Assembly: GCA_002633005.1 (NCBI GenBank) | Contig: NMRA01000515.1 | Location: 247,680-311,679 of the forward strand | Reading direction: 5' to 3' | DNA length: 64,000 bases | Source: Phoronis australis | Lineage: Eukaryota > Animalia > Phoronida | Part shown: piece by piece, positions 51,146-63,613 of the stretch | Layout of the letters: every line of letters starts with the position of its first letter | How positions within the stretch are numbered: the stretch's first letter is position 1 | The notes under the pieces: generated by a model | The model's database searches: none | Told to the model about the DNA's origin: nothing | What the model saw: only the letters and a program-made list of their open reading frames with translations | Made by a program: the position numbers and the translations under genes

Positions 51146-51483
51146 GTAATATCACTTGACATCTTCAAAATTATTCAGAAACAATAGTCAACCCTCCACA
51201 ACCAAGGACTTTCATTTAAAGTTGCATAAGAACTTTGCTAAGTACTGATAATATTTGCATAGAAACGTGTTTTACGAAGCCACGCAACTTAAATTGAATA
51301 TAAACGTACTTAATGCTGCAGCTTAGAATGTCTCTCGCAGAATTCAACTTTAACCATTTCTGCTATGGAGATGGAAATGAAAAATTATTTAAGAGAGTAT
51401 TCTTGCGTCATAATGATAATTTAACCTTTATGAGTAAAATTCAGGTTACTTTGACTTACGTTCATTATTTCCTTTTTTCCTAG

Positions 51484-51625
51484 GATTCAGCACTAACCAA
51501 TTTAGTTATGGAGATGGGAATGAAAACTTGGGTAACAGAGTATTCTTGCGTCATGGAACTCGTTCAGTAGAGTGTCTTATACAAGTGTACTCGACGAATG
51601 ATCATCAGATTGTGTGCCGGACGGG
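51484..51625 (+). CDS. PKHD1L1: Exon 3 (FSTNQFSYGDGNENLGNRVFL...QIVCRT)
   Basis: ttttcctag| ... GG|gtgggt; phases 1/2; NQFxYG...LGNxV motif typical of PKHD1L1. Confidence 0.92.
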
Positions 51626-52030
51626 GTGGGTTGATTGGGTTTTGCTTAGTGGAACTAGACGTTCTTGGAGGACGTAAAGTTCTGCCAGGGTATTGTATAA
51701 TTCCCATGAAACGCGTTTCTGCATTTTATCGCCGTAACACACGTAGGAGAGAACAAAACGGAACAGAATGTCTTTCCACAGACACCAAAAAGTTCTTCAC
51801 AGAGATGTAAGTTGAACAATCTCTTCAATAACATATTTATATACATTCCGTTTCCAATCCGCTAATTTTCAAAAGTGGAAACTTCCCAGTCGTCTGTTTC
51901 CTTTACTGATTTAACTTGTAACTGCCCTAGTTCAAAAACGTGAGATATACAAAAGCCTGCATTTCTTATTAGCATATCGTCTTAAATGTAATTGATACTA
52001 TCAAAAATGACGCACTTTTCTTTTGTTTAG

Positions 52031-52136
52031 GCCAGCGCCCGAAGGATGGTACAATGTGTTCATTATGGTAGACGGTGTACCAATCAACAAACTTGGTGGA
52101 ACTTACTGTAGACGGCCAAACGATTGTAAATTTAAT
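52031..52136 (+). CDS. PKHD1L1: Exon 4 (PAPEGWYNVFIMVDGVPI...CKFN)
   Basis: tttgtttag| ... AAT|gtgagt; phases 2/0. Confidence 0.93.
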
Positions 52137-52590
52137 GTGAGTTCTAAAAGTTTGAGAAAAACGTTTGAAAGCACCGTCTGCCTTGTGATTGAACTACCCG
52201 AACAGTTACAGTAACATGCGTACATGGAGTTTCGATTTACAATTTAGAATTCAGAATGAGTTCCATCAAACGTAAAATATTACTACTGAGCATTCCGTAA
52301 ATTATACGTTATGCATGTATTCGTATTTCTAATTTCATTTCCAATAAAAACAACAAGTGAAATTCTGTCATTCAACTTCACCAGCCATTCACATTAAATT
52401 ATTAGGGTGTCATTTGGGGTTATACTCTGACTAATAGGAGCTCCATGAAAACTTGTTTTGTGAAGTTTTTAGCAGGCAAAGTATTTTCAAACTCCCCCCA
52501 CAACTTGCGACCCGCAATTTGCGCTATCAACTTCACATTTTGTTCATGTTGCTAAATCTTTAAATGAGGAAATCTTATCTTGTCTTGTAG

Positions 52591-52648
52591 TATCAACGAC
52601 ACCGTATGCCCAATATCAAGTCAATTTACCCCAACACAGGCCCACCAG
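52591..52648 (+). CDS. PKHD1L1: Exon 5 (YQRHRMPNIKSIYPNTGPPG)
   Basis: tcttgtag| ... G|gtagga; phases 0/1. Confidence 0.9.
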
Positions 52649-52888
52649 GTAGGAAATTAACATAGATTTACTTTAAGAAATTACACAATTTGCTTCGAAA
52701 TCATAACACGTTACCTTGCAAGTGGTTATCACTGTAAAAAGACTTAAAAGAAAACTTTCTCCTAAACTTGGTAAATTTCGAAAGGTTTTTGATGTTTCGC
52801 GATTTGACATGAGTTTCATGAATACCCCAATTATATTTGAATCTATGACAAACTTCCTTTCTCTGAGAAATATTCGTTACACATTCAG

Positions 52889-52982
52889 GTACCTTAGTTA
52901 CCATACATGGCGACATCTATAGCGACTATTATATGGATACACAAGACATTGGTAACACAGATAATGAATTACAGCTTCAAAG
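52889..52982 (+). CDS. PKHD1L1: Exon 6 (TLVTIHGDIYSDYY...LQLQR)
   Basis: cattcag| ... AG|gtaaga; phases 1/2. Confidence 0.9.
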
Positions 52983-53067
52983 GTAAGAATAGTGTAACAG
53001 TTGCTCTTTGGGAGATCAAGAAAATAACTGACGTGATCTATGAATTTGTTTAACAAGATATGGCTTC

Positions 53068-53235
53068 TAACCTCGGTGTTACACTAGTTCTAGGCTAACC
53101 TCGGTGTTACACTAGTTCTAGGCTAACCTCGGTGTTACACTAGTTCTAGGCTAACCTCGGTGTTACACTAGTTCTAGGCTAAGCTCGGTGTCACACTAGT
53201 TCTAGACTAACCTCGGTGTTACACTAGTTCTAGGC
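53068..53235. repeat. 28-bp minisatellite x6 in intron 6
   Basis: taacctcggtgttacactagttctaggc repeated. Confidence 0.95.
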
Positions 53236-53296
53236 CTATATCCAGCATTATCTGCGTGCAGATTCCATATAAATAGGTTCTCGTATTATGTTTCAG

Positions 53297-53350
53297 GGTT
53301 TATGTTGGCGGAGCTCCTTGCTCCGTAGTTAACGAAAACACGGAAGAACT
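53297..53350 (+). CDS. PKHD1L1: Exon 7 (VYVGGAPCSVVNENTEEL)
   Basis: tgtttcag| ... CT|gtaagt; phases 2/2. Confidence 0.92.
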
Positions 53351-54762
53351 GTAAGTAGCTTTGAAAAATATTATTAGCTTGCATAAGTTAAATTCCACGT
53401 CGTTCGGATATAATTCTCAATGATTTTATATTGAAAAAAACTACGGTACGTTTGAGCGTACAGTACCGAAGTAATATATAACCTAAATTCCACGTATGCC
53501 TGCCAACGAACGATTCCATATCAAAAAACCTTACGTATGATTAAGCCTGCATTGTCAAAGTAATGCAAAATATAAATTCTATGTGTGTCCACGGATATAA
53601 GCGTCAACAGGAAGAGTTTTATACTGAAAAACTTTACGTATAACCTCAACGCATGTATTTTCGCCAAGGTAATTGTTAATGTTTTTACATTAAGAAAATA
53701 CCTACGTTTGAGCTTACAGTGCCGAAGTAAAAAATAAAAGATTGCAGGCGGTCCGATACCTGAAGTGCATCGGACGTGGGCAGTGAGACCACATAAGTCG
53801 GGTCTATTGTACAAAACACCTGATTTAAAACTCATGAGAACCATCTAATGTATACATAGTCATCAGACTCTTCCACATTGAAGCTGCAGCCATGTAAGCC
53901 TGTTCATACGTTATTGATGCTTGGCATTTGAACCAAGTTTCTGTCCACAGATAGCCTCCACAGCCGCTAGTGCTTCCGTTTGTCTGATCGTTTCACTTCA
54001 AGTTGACTTTGTACCCAGAAGGATATCTAGGTGATTTCCCAGTGGCAAGTCTAGTCATCTCACTGTCCCTCCTGTCCCAATACGGTGGGGTTCAGTTGTT
54101 CCCCAGAACGGGTGTCCACAGCAGAAATTGCTTCCCCCGTGACTGTGTTTTAATTGCTCTTCAAGGAGACAGAGGTCCGTTGTCAGGTAAACTATGTCTT
54201 CATGCGTTCTTGATGCGGCTTGAGAGTAGATCCAAGTTGATGTGTACGAGGAATATCTACAGCCAATACTGCTTTCGCTGGTCTGGTCATGCGCTGGATA
54301 TCCTGCTCCGTTAAATAGAGTGATTTTCCAAAAAAAGTGTCAGCAGTATCAGTTGTTTTCTCCCACCGCACGTAATTGGAAAGGCAGTGTCTCATTCCGC
54401 AAGACTCCTCTGTCCCAGTTATGAAAATCTGCTTCACTGCTGAGATTCAGCAGCCCAAATCTTTCAAAAGTCTAGTCTCTCGGCCATCCCGTATAGTTCA
54501 GCCTGGGCTAGTATTGCCACGCGGACGCACTGCACGAGTCTTGTTGTGGGAGAAGCTGTGTAATGGCTGCCAAAGCGGCCAGCGGTCGGTGGCATCCGAA
54601 AGTGCGGCAAAGTACAGCTACTGCTTACCACGCTAGACGCTACACCTGTCGTCAAACCACGAACACACAGTGCCGAAGTAGCGTGGAACGCAAATTCACT
54701 AAGGTTCATGAGCACAAATTCGTGTTCAGATTATTTTGTATTAATATATGTTTTCGTTTCAG

Positions 54763-54848
54763 ATATGGCCTGTCTCGGGACTTAGACAGAAATGGCAATA
54801 AGCGACCGTCGGGCAAAATTATTTGTAAAGTTGAGGCTGATTATATAG
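54763..54848 (+). CDS. PKHD1L1: Exon 8 (YGLSRDLDRNGNKRPSGKIICKVEADYI)
   Basis: cgtttcag| ... G|gtgaat; phases 2/1. Confidence 0.88.
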
Positions 54849-55208
54849 GTGAATAGTGCCCTAGTCATCAATCTTAATTTCACTCACAATGATGAAAAGC
54901 CAACATTTTAAACACTTATTGAAATTAATAGAAAAATGCAATATCATCATGTACATTCACATTTCAAATGTCATTCAGTGGATGGAAATTAGTCGAGGGC
55001 GTTTACGTAGGCGAAACATTCTAAAATGACTTAAAATGTTTTAAATTGTCTACACTATTGTTTTTTAAAACAATATATTCATGTATTAGGAAACATCTTC
55101 TTCGATTTTAATGATATTTCAGTTTTCGACGTCTTTCACGGGAATTTCTTCGTTGTCTATAAGTGTTTCCGTATTGTGAGATATGAAAAATCTTTACTCT
55201 TGTTTTAG

Positions 55209-55251
55209 ATTCGGTCAATGCAAGCTTCATAATATCGGGGAATAAAGGAAG
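55209..55251 (+). CDS. PKHD1L1: Exon 9 (DSVNASFIISGNKGR)
   Basis: tgttttag| ... AG|gttagt; phases 1/2. Confidence 0.88.
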
Positions 55252-55478
55252 GTTAGTAAAACACACAGTAACCAAATCTGTCTAGCACGAGGAACTGTTT
55301 TAAGGCCGTCGGGAGTGTTCAGTTTTCCTCGATAAAAACGCACATGCCGTTGCATGATGAATAGAGGTGTCGGACTACGAGACTTGTGTACATACGTTTA
55401 CAGTTATTAAAAAATATCATAGGCACTCCGCTATTTCAAGTGTCGTCTCTATCATTCAAAACTTAATTTATTTTTTAG

Positions 55479-55549
55479 ATCGGTTGCGCTACCACAATCT
55501 TACCGACTAAGCGCCAAGAATGACCTATACATGTTCCAGATACACCCAG
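55479..55549 (+). CDS. PKHD1L1: Exon 10 (SVALPQSYRLSAKNDLYMFQIHP)
   Basis: ttttttag| ... G|gtaaat; phases 2/1. Confidence 0.9.
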
Positions 55550-56311
55550 GTAAATGATCAAGACAAAAGTTTTATTAGTTCATTACATACATTGCTTGTC
55601 ACCAAAATTTCGACTGTAAAATGGTTGCTGCTGTAGTTCTTTTATTTCTTCAGAACTGCGTTTTTAACACTGCAGACCACCCGGCGCTGGCCGCGCTGAT
55701 TGTAATTTCAAAATCAAAATGATAAATGCAGATTAAACCGGTCTTTTTGTTTGAGTTATACGTACGACGAATTTAAAGTATCAAAATTGGGGTTTCATAC
55801 ACTGCCCATGAAAGTTATTAGCGTTTAGTACAACGTGTTTTCTAACTAAGAAACTTTTCTTGGTCCAATCCCATTCTCCGCCAGAGGGAGATGAGTACGT
55901 TGTTACACTTCATGATAGAAGGTTGATTTAGTAATTTCTTGTACAACTTTCTAAAACTGGTAAAATGCGTTAGCATGGTTAGCGTACTCGTAAGTCTTCC
56001 CTGAGTTTTATTGGTGTGTTGGTTTGATTATATATAACATTTAAATCACTAGCACGTCGACTAGTTACTGTTCACAATCTGACTCCAAAATTGTCACGGT
56101 TGCAAGAAAAGGAGAATTACTGTGCGCTGGTTCCTAGCTGTGCGTGAACTCGCCTTTACTTGGAATCCAAGTTCACGCACAGCAGAATCACTGATTGACT
56201 CTAGCATTGCCACTGGTCCTGTGTTATCACTATTATACTAGACAGTGACCACTGTGTTGTAGATGTGCTTCCGGTGAATCCTATGAGCCTTTGTTAGCTA
56301 CTCGCTAACTA

Positions 56312-56410
56312 TTAGCTGAATGGTTAGCACGCTTACTGGTTTTATGGGGGTCGCTGGTTCGATTCCCGGGTCAGGTAATCTTGGCGTAGTCATGCCGACT
56401 ATGCCAAATG
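56312..56410 (+). mobile_element. tRNA-derived SINE head in intron 10
   Basis: A box tagctgaatggttagc, B box ggttcgattcc (56356-56366), then hairpin ttggcgtagtc / gactatgccaa. Confidence 0.6.
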
Positions 56411-56666
56411 TTGCATGGTTGCATTACTGCAGGTTCACTAGCTAGGCAAAAGAGTACTCACTTAAATGAAAGTCGTGTCTGTCCCAGTTGATGCCGGAGA
56501 ACAGTTCAAGCATGGACGACCTTGCCGGTTTTCGAAGAAAAAACCTGATGACCAGTTGCACCAACCTCCTTTACAGGGAACATATGGGGAACACACCAAA
56601 ATGGACCAATCACAAGATGCCACAGAAAAAAACAAAGGGCCAATGATGTTGCCGATTACAAAAACT

Positions 56667-56765
56667 GTCTCTAGCTGGCCCCATTGACCTCCGTCTCTAG
56701 CTGGCCCCAGTAACCTCCGTCTCTAGGTGGCCCCAGTGACCTCGTCCGTCTCTACTCTAGCTGGC
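56667..56765. repeat. 26-bp minisatellite, ~4 copies
   Basis: gtctctagctggcccca.tgacctcc repeated. Confidence 0.85.
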
Positions 56766-58908
56766 AGTAGAGACAGTGAAGCTCCTATAGGCGCTTCTAT
56801 ACGACGTGCTTTATTCCTACAGGCTCACTAGCTAGGCTTATAGAAGTACTCACCAGTTTAAACAAAAGTATATACCCAAGTTTGACTAAAATTGAATCTA
56901 GTTGCTCATCCCTGACAGCCGGATTGTACACTGAAAGACACCAGCAGCCTCTCGCCAGTAGTATAAATATAACAAAAATCAGGAGAACCATAAAACTTAC
57001 AAATCACCAGACACCACAGAAATGATGAATGATGTTGACGATTACAACAGCCAGAAGCTTTTTGGCAATTATGCCTCACACTGATCAAAAGATCAAAGTC
57101 ATGTTATAAGTACCTTTTGCACATAGAAGGATACGGAAGGTCTGTTTACACCATGGTCACTGTTTGGTCCTGTGTAGCCTTGGGACTTTGGTGAAAAGCT
57201 GTGGGCCTACGCTAAATTATAGTCTTTATTCAGCTAGCTGACTTGCTATGGTCCTGTACTGCCTACTGGACACTATATCAATACTCTAGTTGTGAATGCC
57301 AGTTTATGTTTCGTTTTTTTGGAATATATTTTCCATTGAAATGCTATCACTCATCTATGTTATATAAAATGGTTTTGGATAAAATAGATATAATTATTTT
57401 GTTTAGTGTGATAATTCTTCTAATAGTTTGGTTTAAGCGTGTATTATCATTGCTTCAAAAGCACTTTGATTGATGCCGGACACTAACTTGCCTTAAAATT
57501 CTTGAGGTCTATTTAATAGAATGACTTGAGAAATGAGGTCAACTTTTGATGGTGATGGTGCTACACCTTTTTTGATTTTCTTAAAATGTTTTGTGTTTAC
57601 CAACAAGCGCTGCTGAAATTGCACATACATGTATAATTAAAGATTGTATTAAAACTAAAAGTAAGTTAATTTTTGTTTGGGAGGGATTGTGACGGGTGGT
57701 TGCCTGAGCAGTGTTGACATGTGACAGTTCTAAATTTATGATGTCCAGAACTGAAAGTCTTCTCACGTACTGAAGTGGAAGTGAAATTGGTCGTTTTGAG
57801 TCCTGATTAGAAGCTTAGAAAATTGCGTCATGTATTAATCCTCAAGTAAATTTGCACCATTTAGGTTGAAATATATTTCAGAAATAAAATTCCTTGATCA
57901 CATACTAGTTTTGTTTTCGATTTCGTTAAGAATTACATGTAAGGTTACAATTTTCACTGTTTTTGTCACAAAACATGGCGTTTTTGTTGCGAACGTGTGC
58001 TTTAAAATGATGAAACCAATCAGCGCCACGTTTGGGGTCACCTTCAAATGAGGCTGGAATGGCGAATATTCGGTAATGCAGAAAAAGGGGACACAACTTC
58101 TTGTGTGTCATTGATTTTAGGTCAGAGGACAATTTTGATAATGTTCGATAAACCTGTCTTCTTCCTATATGAGTTGACTGACACTTCATAGCCCTTACTA
58201 GTTTAACATTGGGGCTACAATGCTCCCCATCAGTCTATGCATTTCAGCCCCATGTATTTTAAATAGGTCCATTTCTGGTCACTAAGTAAGAAGTTTTCAC
58301 CTCATCAAAAATACATTTGACAATAAAAATTGTCACTTGTCTCATAAAAGCGCTTATCTTCTTAATCAGCGATTCTTTCTGGTTCTGTGCATACTCTCGA
58401 TGAAGCATGCTAATGGGATTTAAGATGGGTTTAGCAAAGAATTCCAACTTCACTTTCTTGTTGCCTTGAACTTTTTACTATACGCGATAAGTACTGATAA
58501 CCTTAGGTGACGTCACATGAGTTTGGGACAGAGAAATTACCCGCGCTTATCAGAATTTCATGGATTAGTTCAAATTATGTTAACTACGGTAAATTTTTTT
58601 CAGAGTCATGGTATGTGTTAATGATAATTCATTACATATAAAGTGTATGCATGCTTCATTTGTTGTTTATCACTGTGTTTTGAAATTCGTACTTTTTAGT
58701 GTGGAAGCATTACCGCCTGTGGGTCAGGACGTACCCCACAGGTGGTGCCACTGTCTATATGAGACTCTTTTTGCTATTTGTTATCATTGACATTAAATAA
58801 TACCAGTATCATGAGGCTGTCATCTTGGAGTCGGGTTGTAAACAATATCTCATCCATTAATTAAGTTAAACATTTTGTCAGTGTACAAATGGTTGTTCAT
58901 TATTTCAG

Positions 58909-59013
58909 AAATTTCCACAGTAAGTCCGCAATCTGGAAGTTTGGAGGGTGGAACCACCATCACTATTAATGGACAAGGTTTTGAAACTGAACAACTGAAA
59001 GTTACTGTTGGAG
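58909..59013 (+). CDS. PKHD1L1: Exon 11 (EISTVSPQSGSLEGGTTITINGQGF...VTVGG; IPT/TIG)
   Basis: tatttcag| ... G|gtaggt; phases 1/1; canonical IPT motif PxxGSxxGGTxITIxGxGF. Confidence 0.95.
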
Positions 59014-59312
59014 GTAGGTGTACAGTTTCAGCACTCACTAAGTTATCCTAATTTTGGGTTGATTTCTAGGGAGTAGAAACTAAAAATCTTGCTTACAGAA
59101 GTTCATTAGTCACCATCACTGATTATGGTATAGCCATAAAACATAAGTGTACCCATTTTCAACGCCTTTTCACCTCATATTGTACTCCCATATTAAAGCC
59201 GGGTACGTATTTTTTCCGAAAGTACACAATTTTTCAAATAGTGTCACCAAAGAGGAAACTGATCAAGCGGCTAAAATTTTTATGAGTGATGAAATGTTCT
59301 GACTTGTATTAC

Positions 59313-59487
59313 AAAAGGGTGTACCCACAATCAATGCCTCATGACTCAATGTCTCCAAAAGGGTGTACCCACAATCAATGCCTCATGACTCGATGTCTCC
59401 AAAAGGGTGTACCCACAATCAATGCCTCATCACTCGATCTCTCCAAAAAGGTGTACCCACAATCAATGCCCTACGATGTCTCCAAAA
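59313..59487. repeat. 44-bp minisatellite, ~4 copies
   Basis: aaaagggtgtacccacaatcaatgcctcatgactc.atgtctcc repeated. Confidence 0.92.
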
Positions 59488-61114
59488 GCATGCCTCGGGA
59501 TGTCACTATAACTTGCTGACAGGTAATAATTTAACTAAAAAATAACCATGATTTTCACTAAAGCATTATTTATACATTTTTGCTTCAAATCTGCAATTTT
59601 TCAAAATGTAAACTTTGTAATCATCTGCTTCTACTGTAGGTGATGGCACTTCCTAAGACAACCTGCATATCGGAAGATTTTCTGCAAATTTGCTTAATTC
59701 TGGATAAGCTATCAAAATCATGTTATGTGTATCTTTCAGTATCTTTCAAGTGTAGATGGACACCTTTGGAGGCTGTTGGGATCCTCCAGCTCAAACAAAT
59801 ACTTCCATAATAAGCACGTATCAACAAAATTGTGACTGTGCATCTCTATAGCATGTAAATTTTTAATCTTATCAAGGTCGACCTCAATGACCTTGGTAGT
59901 GACCGAACTACTAAAGCACTGCACTGGTGATTTGCCAGAGTTTGCTGGTGCTTGAAGTTAGGCTGCCAGTGTCACTCCTTTCATATCTTACCAGAATGGC
60001 ATTGTTGACAAATAGCCCATTCTGAATATAGAACTCTTGAATAATTTATATCCGAAACAAGGCTTGAACAATGTGAGGGATTGTTTACAATCGCTAACAC
60101 CAAATGAAATTCATGTACCAAATTATCCAAAACAAATTTCCAATGCATGATATTGCATATTGTTAAAATGTAATCCATGACGATACTTTTGGTGATTTTT
60201 CTCTATAAAAATAATATGTGTTCTAAGGAAGACAACACTAAATTGGTTGCAATGCATTGGTGTTTACACATGTTCACAGTTCCTCATATTTCTTGCTTCC
60301 AAATAGATAGCCAGCCACATAGTTGGATCCATATGCTGTAAGACAGTTAGGAATCAATCTCGAATGCGAGGCTCATCCAGTCCATTAAAATTCTGATTTG
60401 TGGTCAACTCAACAGGAAACTTGTACATGTAACACTGTAGAATGTCCTGTGTGAAAGTTTTTGTTGCACTTGAATTTGACTAGCACTCCCCTTGTACTGC
60501 GTTAATGAGGATTAAAAGAATCACAATCAAACAATGCTTTTTCACGTTAAATGAACACAGAAGTCAGTCAACTTTAGAATGCAACACTCAGTGTACGCAG
60601 TTACTGAGGATTTCCGATAAAACTACCGATGAAATTTTTTTCTAAAAAGAAGGAAGAAATAACCCCCAGAGGTGCCTTTTCGGGAAAAATGACTTAAAAA
60701 AATCATTGTCATTCAAAGTGACGTAAATCTTGAGCTAGTGATAACTTTTCCGAGGCGAAATGACCAGAAATTCAGTTTCTGTTGCTTACTAAAATAATGC
60801 ACAATGGTGAAACCAACGGAATTCAACGTGTCATGTAAGACGGTTAAACACTGTTTATCAGAAATAGTAAGGTTGGCAATCATGATTATACTGTTAATTG
60901 TGAATAGGCTGTTGAACATGGGTACATTGTTGTCTTTATATCAAGTGTTATTCAGGTATTGCTTGGGTAAGAACATCTGACACCACTAAAAGTGACTATT
61001 ACCCTTTTCACTTTAGATCAATTAATAATACATTACTGATCAGTGTTCTCGCTTTAGAATCAGATTATTATTAGTGACATTAATTGGGATTGAACAAGTG
61101 CGTTGTTGTTTTAG

Positions 61115-61198
61115 GTTTACCATGTGTCGTGTCATCAGTGTTAGCCTCACAAATAACATGCAAGACTACAAAGAGTGCCTCAACAACAGACAATTTTG
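61115..61198 (+). CDS. PKHD1L1: Exon 12 (LPCVVSSVLASQITCKTTKSASTTDNF)
   Basis: gttttag| ... G|gtaatt; phases 1/1. Confidence 0.9.
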
Positions 61199-61421
61199 GT
61201 AATTATTGCATCATCAATCAGTAAAATAATACAATTCATTAATTATTTACTGCATTGAAAGATGTCAGCTGTGACAGAGTTCAATTTTGAATGTGTATTT
61301 GTGACAGTGCAGTTTTGTTATGCTGGTGTAAAGCACTTTGGTACACTTGATAAAGTGCTTCTCTTAGTAGCTCTTGGTTTATTACCAGTAAAACAAGGTT
61401 TTATGCATTAACTACTCAATT

Positions 61422-61878
61422 AGATATTAGATAAAACAGAACTTCATATTGTTCATAAACGATGAAATAGTCATATTTTTATTTTCTGCTCTTACCAGAT
61501 CCCAGGTTGTATATTAAAATTCTAGTTCGCATTTTTGAATCTGTACATATTTTTGTTTTTATATATCTGTAATAGCATGTCTAAGTATTGTAATACTTAT
61601 TTTAGATACTACTTAATTGTATATACCTCTTTGTATATAAGTTTCATTTATGAATTGTTTACAACCCAGATATAATGCTTCGCGGTTTCTGGGTTTCTTA
61701 TTATTTCTTTGTATGTTCTGTGTATCCTTCAATAAATATATATCACTGTGACAGTAAAAAAAAAGATATTAGATAAAACAGAACTTCATATTGTTCATAA
61801 ACGATGAAATAGTCATATTTTTATTTTCTGCTCTTACCAGATCCCAGGTTGTATATTAAAATTCTAGTACGCATTTTT
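61422..61878 (+). mobile_element. 227-bp polyA-tailed insert between two 115-bp direct repeats
   Basis: Repeats at 61422-61536 and 61764-61878 (one mismatch); the insert has AATAAA at 61731 and an A-run at 61756-61764. Confidence 0.6.
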
Positions 61879-62285
61879 TTCTCAAATTTGATCCTTCAAG
61901 GTAAAATTTTGCTCTATCCAAATATTTGTGCTTTGCTCAATTAATGCCTAGCTGTTTGCATAACAATTGAAACAACAAAAGTGTTGTAATTATAACAGCA
62001 AACTGTGATGGATTCTATGAAGTCTGATTTGATCAGTACGCAATTGTTATCTAACAGGCCTGCTTTTGAAAATTAGTTTTCATGAGAATTTAAAAATGTT
62101 GTACTTCTAAAATTTGGTGCAATNCTTTAGGCAACCGTGGCTTGAGCCTGGAAGTATGGCCAGGACATGTACCTTCATCTGTGGACCAAATTGCTGGCCT
62201 CAACTCATCCATGGCTGGCTACTTCACACATGTTGTGAAGACATCNTAAAAATGTTGTACTTCTAAAATTTGGTGCAATCTTTAG

Positions 62286-62560
62286 GCAACCGTGGCTTGA
62301 GCCTGGAAGTATGGCCAGGACATGTACCTTCATCTGTGGACCAAATTACTGGCCTCAACTCATCCATGGCTGGCTACTTCACACATGTTGTGAAGACATC
62401 AGATACCCAACCTGTGCAATGGATGGCCAAGGCAGACAACTATGCGGCCAGAGTGCGAGGTTACTTCATTCCACCCTCAAACAATACATATACATTTCAC
62501 CTTGTTGCCGATGACAATGCGGTGGTGTACCTGAGTTCAGATGAGGACCCAGCCAACAAG
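62286..62560 (+). CDS. PKHD1L1: Exon 13 (GNRGLSLEVW...YAARVRGYFIPP...ADDNAVVYLS...ANK; PA14 domain)
   Basis: tctttag| ... AAG|gtgagt; phases 1/0; PA14 motifs GxFxPP and DD. Confidence 0.95.
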
Positions 62561-63263
62561 GTGAGTTTGTAGCGTGGGTACAGGTAATACTTGTGTGTCT
62601 TCATTTTAAAGTATTCATAAAATACTGTATTTTGATCTGCTAACAAAAGTAAATGAATGCATTGAGAAGTTAATTTTGTCATTGTATGTTATCAAACTGA
62701 TGAAGATGTTCATTTTGAGTAGACTTTGTACCTACTTGACAGTTACAGGTGAAATGTAAATGTTTTAAATGATGAAGTTGAATTTAAAAGGATGCTAAGC
62801 CCTTGTTTTGATGATTTCCACCAATCCTGGTTCTATCACCTGCTAATTCATCATTGGTGTCAATCTTGAAAGATAAAAGCAGGTCTGGACTTAAAACCTT
62901 ATTTTACAAATTGGATATTATAGTCCTTGGTGAGTGGTCTTGTCCGACAGTTGCCGTAAAATTCGCTAAAGGCGTAGGTCACGGTTGCCCGTTTAACAGT
63001 TTTCAAATTTTCCTCCAAAATCATGAGGGCTGTCGAGGGTTACAGAGCATTATTTTGTTTCAGAGAATTGGATGGGAAAGTCATATTTAGTATCTGTTAA
63101 TTGGCCAAAGTAAACAAGCCAACCGTGTAAGGGAAATAACATGTGCACTGAAATGCAGAGGAAAGTCGTTTGTAGTATAATATAAATAGGCCAAAACTGG
63201 GTTTGGTATACTATTAAAAATTTTTGTCTTTTAATTGAAAGTTAAACTCTAGATGTTTTTTAG

Positions 63264-63429
63264 GTTGAGATTATTAGTCTGAATTATGCTGTGGCTGCTC
63301 ATGATTGGTTCAAGGCCCAGTCGCGACCTATTGACCTTGTAGCTGGTAGGAAGTACTATATCGAGGGAAGCATGTTGGAATATGCTGGCCATGGTCACAT
63401 CAGAATTGGTGTGCGCATCCACAACATAG
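63264..63429 (+). CDS. PKHD1L1: Exon 14 (VEIISL...SRPIDLVAGRKYYIE...RIGVRIHNI; PA14 C-terminal half)
   Basis: ttttttag| ... G|gtaaac; phases 0/1. Confidence 0.92.
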
Positions 63430-63613
63430 GTAAACTGTTAACTAGTTAAACTGTAATACTCAATGAAATTGAATATTTGGTAGAGATGAGCTTTATCTCT
63501 TATTCTTTCTGTGGTGACAACTAGCATGATTATATTTCCAGATATTTTTGTGCATACATTGATTTCTCAGTAAGATTTTCGTATGGTTTTCGTTATGCTC
63601 CAATCTTTTCCAG

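Noticed and set aside
56312-56383. Functional tRNA gene (also considered at 19810, 30580 and 47935)
   Set aside because: A/B boxes are present but no convincing acceptor and anticodon stems could be folded; treated as tRNA-derived repeats.
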